This document shows positions 59,301 to 64,000 of a stretch of 64,000 nt of DNA, piece after piece. A program made the position numbers and the translations under genes. Below the pieces are notes generated by a model that was given only the letters and a program-made list of their open reading frames with translations, was not told the origin of the DNA and made no database searches. This DNA comes from Dudresnaya verticillata. Lineage: Eukaryota. The stretch is taken from positions 1,922,001 through 1,986,000 of the forward strand of contig OZ374561.1 in NCBI GenBank assembly GCA_977862235.1, read 5' to 3'. Numbering within the stretch: position 1 is the first letter of the stretch; each line of letters opens with the position of its first letter.

Positions 59301-60557
59301 CTAGCGGCCTTTCTGATCTTTGATGAAGGTTGGTGGGGAGTCAGTGTCTCCTTCTTTGTACTTGTTTCCAAAATGGTGGTTAACGTCACGATGCATGGCC
59401 TCGTCGGCACGCACGTGGAGGATAACGTCGCGCATGGTAGCATTCTCCGGCAGTCTGTAGTAGTCCCTTGCAATGACGGGGGCAGGCTTGTTTGGAATCT
59501 TGCCGCTGTCTATACTGGCCAAATAGTCAGTGTACGCACGATGGGCTTCTTCTTCAAGATATCCTGTCAGTCGATGGGCACCGCTCGGGATAACGAGATA
59601 GAGAGCAGAATAAAACGTAAGGTACAGGCCTTGGGCAAGTAGGACTATGCCCCTCTCGAGGGCAGTCGGTTTGCAGACCTGCATGAAAATGAGCAGGTGC
59701 ATGCGCTCGTTTTCAGCCTCTTCTTGCAAAACAGTAATCCCTATAGACAAAGTAGGCGAATGGTATTAGCATTAGTATGAGAGCATAGGAGTTATCCAGC
59801 AACCTCCGTTGAAGCTGTTTGTGACAGTACTTACATCCATGATCGCGCTGCATTCTCCGCAGCGAACGGAGATGTCGATGAAATCCTGCGACGATCCCCG
59901 GCACAGCCGCGACAGTCTCGAGACATACGGCGTGATGATCGTACTTCTCACGGAAGAACGCGTGAACGAAAACGCGTAAAACCTTCATGAGACCGTGTGC
60001 GACACGGTCAACAAAATCCTTTGGCTCATAGTGGTAAGGTACGCCAATCTTCTCCAGATCCTCCACCGAGAGGCTCGGTGGGAAGGACTCCGACTTATCA
60101 GCCAAAGCCTTGTGCCGACGATAGGCCTTCGCGATAAGCTCACGGGCCTCCTGCAAAGCGGGATGCATCACGAACCGCGGAGGTGTCAGAAGCTTTGTAC
60201 ATCAAAAAAACGGGACCTTCGAAGCAGGTCTCAAGGCGGCGTACGTACCTCGTCTAGCCATTTGTACGGCTCTTGTTGGCCTGGGTCGGCCGCGTCATCA
60301 CCCTTGGGCGCAAAGATAATCGGAGTCGTGGAGAAGGCGCGAAGCGCGTTGGCATGGGCTGTGCTGGTCTTGGCGGCAGCACCCGCTGAGGCAGAGGCGT
60401 GCGACGCTCCAACCAAGCCGATGGCGCCGGGGAAGGAGCTCGTGGATAAACCGCGAGAGAGGACACGGCCTTGCGAAGCTGCAATTCTTTGCAGCAGGGC
60501 AAGAGTGCCTGGGTGTGTGGCTCTTCTCAGTAGGTGTAGCTTGCTCATGAGATGCAT
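59301..60557 (-). CDS. AOX: Mitochondrial alternative oxidase; exons 60557-60249, 60150-59835, 59740-59301
   Basis: LETVAAVPG, EEAENERMHL, GYLEEEA, VRADEAMHRDVNH. GT-AG introns at 60151-60248 and 59741-59834. Arg/Ser/Leu-rich presequence; TATAAG at 60627-60632 (minus strand). Confidence 0.95.
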
Positions 60558-61123
60558 GTGGTGAGTTTGTATGCTGGTGTGATTGGCATGCGATGCACGG
60601 ACTGCGTGTGTGAGGGGCCGGGGCTTCTTATAGAGCAGAACACAGCAGCGGTGGGCGTGTCGCGTTCGGTTTCGCTGCTTCGTTTGGCCTTGCGGTCGAC
60701 AGTGCACAGCGCACGTCCAGAAGGCTGGCCTGTTTCTGTTCGAAGTCGGTTGGATACGAACGACGACCTGAGATCTTCTGTAACCTTCCTGTAGCGAAGA
60801 GATGGTGAAGGGGTGCAGGATAGGCTACTCGCGGCCCAGAATGCCATGGTTTCTGCCCTTGGCAAGGAGGTGGATGCGGATTAAAACCACGTGGCTCGCG
60901 GCCAATGGCAGGGATGGCATGCTGTTGCGGCGGGTTTGCAAAGTACACGTCAGCCCTGTCGTACCCCGTACCCATCCAATGAAAATATTGTGTCTGTAAG
61001 GATTGTAGATTTACAGAGCCTGGGCTTCTCTGACGATGCATTTATTTTCAATTAAAATTGGCTTTTCTGAGAGAGATGTTTAACTCTACTATGTTCTCGG
61101 GTTGGAGCAGACAAATGCAATTG

Positions 61124-61197
61124 GCTCTCGTAGCTCAGTTGGTTAGAGCGCCAGCCTAACATGCTGGAGGTCAGGAGTTCGACCCTCCTCGAGAGTA
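61124..61197 (+). tRNA. tRNA-Val (AAC)
   Basis: Acceptor GCTCTCG/CGAGAGT, D arm GCTC/GAGC, anticodon arm CCAGC-CTAACAT-GCTGG, T arm AGGAG-TTCGACC-CTCCT, discriminator A. A T-run follows. Confidence 0.92.
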
Positions 61198-62554
61198 TAA
61201 TTTTTGCTTCTTGAAAGGCGCCTCGAAGGGCGAGAGACTGGCATATCGGGTTTGCTGTAGCCTGTCCAAACCATATCCGAAGCCATGTCCGTCAACTGTT
61301 TCTTTTCCTTTTCTTGGTGGCCATCGCTAGTATCCCCTATCTCTCTAGTACACCTTCAGGGAATAAATGTTAAATGCGTGTTGCCAGAGAGTGCTTGCCA
61401 ACACCGAATGTATTTATTATTGCTCACGCTGTACGATTGTTTCAAGGTCTACTCCAGACAGCTTTAGTCCGATTCGTTATGCTTTCTTTCCTGAAGCGCC
61501 GGCAAAGTGCAATCTGAGAAAATTTCCTCGTGGAAGGGATGAAGTCCCTTTGTTGCATAGAGCCTGTCGAGGCGTTCGCATGCTGAGACCATTGTCCGCC
61601 GTACTGTCCACCTAGAAAGAACGTCAAGATTGCCAATGTTTTTTACTTGTATCCACTGTATGGAATGTCGATAGCTTTCTGGAATACGAAGTCAGAAATT
61701 GTCTGCTATCTTTGCCTTATAGTCAGAGCTGAGTCCAGCAAAAGGCAACCTGTTAGAGGGAACATACTCGGGGTTCCGAATTGCAGACTATTAAGTTCGA
61801 TTTAGAGGGGCCGAAGGCCTTAGCCGGAAAATGTCTGTTAAGATTCACTGAATCAGGCAGCTCACTGTCCCGAGTAACAAGAGTCACCTCACCGGATAAT
61901 CATTGATTAAAAATCAACTCTTCTATAAGCTGTGCTCATAAGATTCTGTGGATCTCATGATGGATCTTATGATGGATCAGCCCCCCCTGCGCACACACAA
62001 CTAGTACTTAATATGAACTGTTACTAGCTTGCGGGCTCTACTGAAAGCAGCAGTTGCAGCGTGGAGAGGGCTAAAGCATTTGAATGTTAATAAAACTATC
62101 CGATCGGTGGCCTCATGGAGCTATCAAAGTACACTTAGTTCGGGTTTTGAAAGAATGAAGTTTGAAAAATCTGCGCTTAAGTTCAGAAATGATGCAAGCT
62201 ACGTTCGAGGTGGGTTCGAACTGGACACGTAACTGAGCATTGCGATCTCGCTAGCGAATAGCAGCAATCGATGCATCTCTGAACTATTGCAGATTGTAGA
62301 TGATAATTCGGGCTTTAAGCTTGTGTGTGCTTCAAACAGGCTGAGACCGATTATCAATTGGGTGTTGAATGGGTGTATGGACTATTTTACAGCAGGCACT
62401 GATGCCAGGACATGTTCGTCTTTGTACACACAAAATTTCAGACCCCTTGCGAAATCCCATGCGACAATATTGTCATATTGTCTAGTTCTGAAGAAAAAGC
62501 TTCTTCGGTACTTTTGTGTCCTTGTAAAGTACTTTGAGCTGTACATTACAATTC

Positions 62555-62941
62555 TCATGCTAGAAGGTGCATGTTAGCGCCCCTGGAAAACACTCTCGTA
62601 AGCCTGCCGTCGGCGTCGCTAGCTATAGGTGGGGTTGTTGGACCGCCCGTTCGAAGCTCTGCACAGGCGGGTATTAATAGAGCCTGTGTCGAAGAGACCG
62701 TATTACGGCACGATTGACCTTGGTGCGCTCGTTGTTCCTTCCGTGCTCGCTTCTCCTTCTTCTTCTCCTCCGCCTTCCTGTCGACCTTTTCGCCGATATC
62801 ATCAGCGTTCACCAACGCTTCAGTTGCCAAGAAGCCAGTATCAAAAGGTGCCATAAGCACGCCACCGACGATCACGGCGACCTTGGCCACCTTGCCGCGG
62901 ACGCCCATCTTCTCCGTGCTTTGCCCTGATTGCTCCGACAT
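62555..62941 (-). CDS. Small hypothetical protein with hydrophobic segment and Lys/Glu-rich region
   Basis: caccATG context, TATATA at 63075-63080, VAKVAVIVGGVLMAPF followed by KVDRKAEEKKKEKRARKE. 3' end uncertain. Confidence 0.5.
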   Translation of the reverse strand: MSEQSGQSTEKMGVRGKVAKVAVIVGGVLMAPFDTGFLATEALVNADDIGEKVDRKAEEKKKEKRARKEQRAHQGQSCRNTVSSTQALLIPACAELRTGGPTTPPIASDADGRLTRVFSRGANMHLLA

Positions 62942-63196
62942 GGTGCAGTTGAGAGATTTGTTCGAGAGGAGTCGAGAAAAGCCCGGAAGCTGAAGTTGCT
63001 GTTTCTGCTGCTATTGCTTTGTGCAAGCTGTGTGTGCAGACACTCCGGGATTGCAGGGCGCCGTGTGTGCTCAATATATACACTTCGAAACCGCCGTGGT
63101 CTGCAGTAGGGGGGGCCTAGGAGCAGCCCGGTCGGTGCAATGCGTTGTTTTCAGTTTGCCCCGTGCCACGCAGCACTGATCGCTCGGTCAGATCCA

Positions 63197-63232
63197 GCAA
63201 GCTCGCCGTAGTGCGCAAGCTCGCCGTAGTGC
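63197..63232. repeat. Perfect 18-bp tandem duplication (gcaagctcgccgtagtgc x2)
   Basis: Direct reading. Confidence 0.85.
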
Positions 63233-64000
63233 GGCATGCGTGACGCAGGCGCAAAGGTGACGAATTTTGCACAGGTTGTTTGCATGAAGCATTTGGCCAA
63301 CCGCAGTACGAGATTTCGCGCGCGCCGTGGGTCCAACCAGGCTGTACCCTCCTCTTGTACCCGCCGGTGCCCTCATACCGTTGTTTGCATTGTTGCTTGT
63401 GCACCTGCTTTGCAATGCCCGAATATCCTTGTCCGACATGGCAACCGCCAGCTTCGGCACACCGCGAAACGTCAGACTGTTTTGCCTCATGAATAGGACA
63501 AGGCGATTTCCGGTTGGATCTTTCTTGCGGTCTTCACAGCTCTGTGATGAGAGGATGCGACAACATGTGCGAAGCGGTATGGTCACCGTGTTCTTCCGCT
63601 TGCAAGGTTTCTTGCACCACTGTGCACGCCCCGCCCAGTGTTGGACAAGGCACGTACTCATGGTACGTTTTTGAGACCAACCTTTTTAGAGTCAGACCGT
63701 TGTTGAGAATTTCGTAGCTATAGCGGAACAGAGCTATTCTGCTTGTTATTCCGATAGTATCGCACTGGGTTCTCAGAGAATTCAGACTGCCCAACTGACA
63801 AGGTGAGCTCTATCTCCTTTGCTGTGTCGGGCTGCTTAGCAATCAATCAGGCTAGCAGCCGCTGCTATCCTGATTGCGCCACAGGTGGTAGAATCGACTG
63901 TAGAATGCCCAGGGCTAGCAAGTTGTAACAACAGCGGTGCCGTCTGAACTCCTCATATCCCACAGGGCGAAGGATACCTTTCTTATGATTTCGACTTGCC

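Noticed and set aside
59713..60707. Apparent frameshifts in AOX (three ORFs)
   Set aside because: Fully explained by two canonical GT-AG introns.

Overview
Eukaryotic nuclear DNA, most likely a florideophyte red alga. This is inferred from an Lhcr-type antenna gene, a nucleus-encoded plastid sigma factor, transit-peptide-like leaders and sparse ~95-130 bp GT-AG introns. The window holds about 18 well-supported protein genes: two RING-H2 paralogues, glyoxalase I, SDE2, Sec24, HisG, a secreted temptin-like/Hint protein, an SDR, FolC/FPGS, a sigma factor, a bHLH-zipper, a GT31 glycosyltransferase, an S1 RNA-binding protein, tRNase Z, MED14, LHC, two CAP half-genes and AOX. It also has two tRNAs (Lys-CTT, Val-AAC) and several gene-poor, AT-richer gaps. 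Three observations stand out. (1) Cyclase-associated protein (CAP/Srv2) is split into two adjacent head-to-head genes, and the N-half carries a duplicated helical-folded domain. (2) A secreted temptin-like domain is fused to a hedgehog-type Hint autoprocessing domain with altered catalytic-support residues. (3) Three co-oriented micro-ORFs (35-64 aa) about 4 kb apart share a KNG..DKK..(xP)n..PAA pattern. All family assignments come from motif recognition by eye; no database searches were run.
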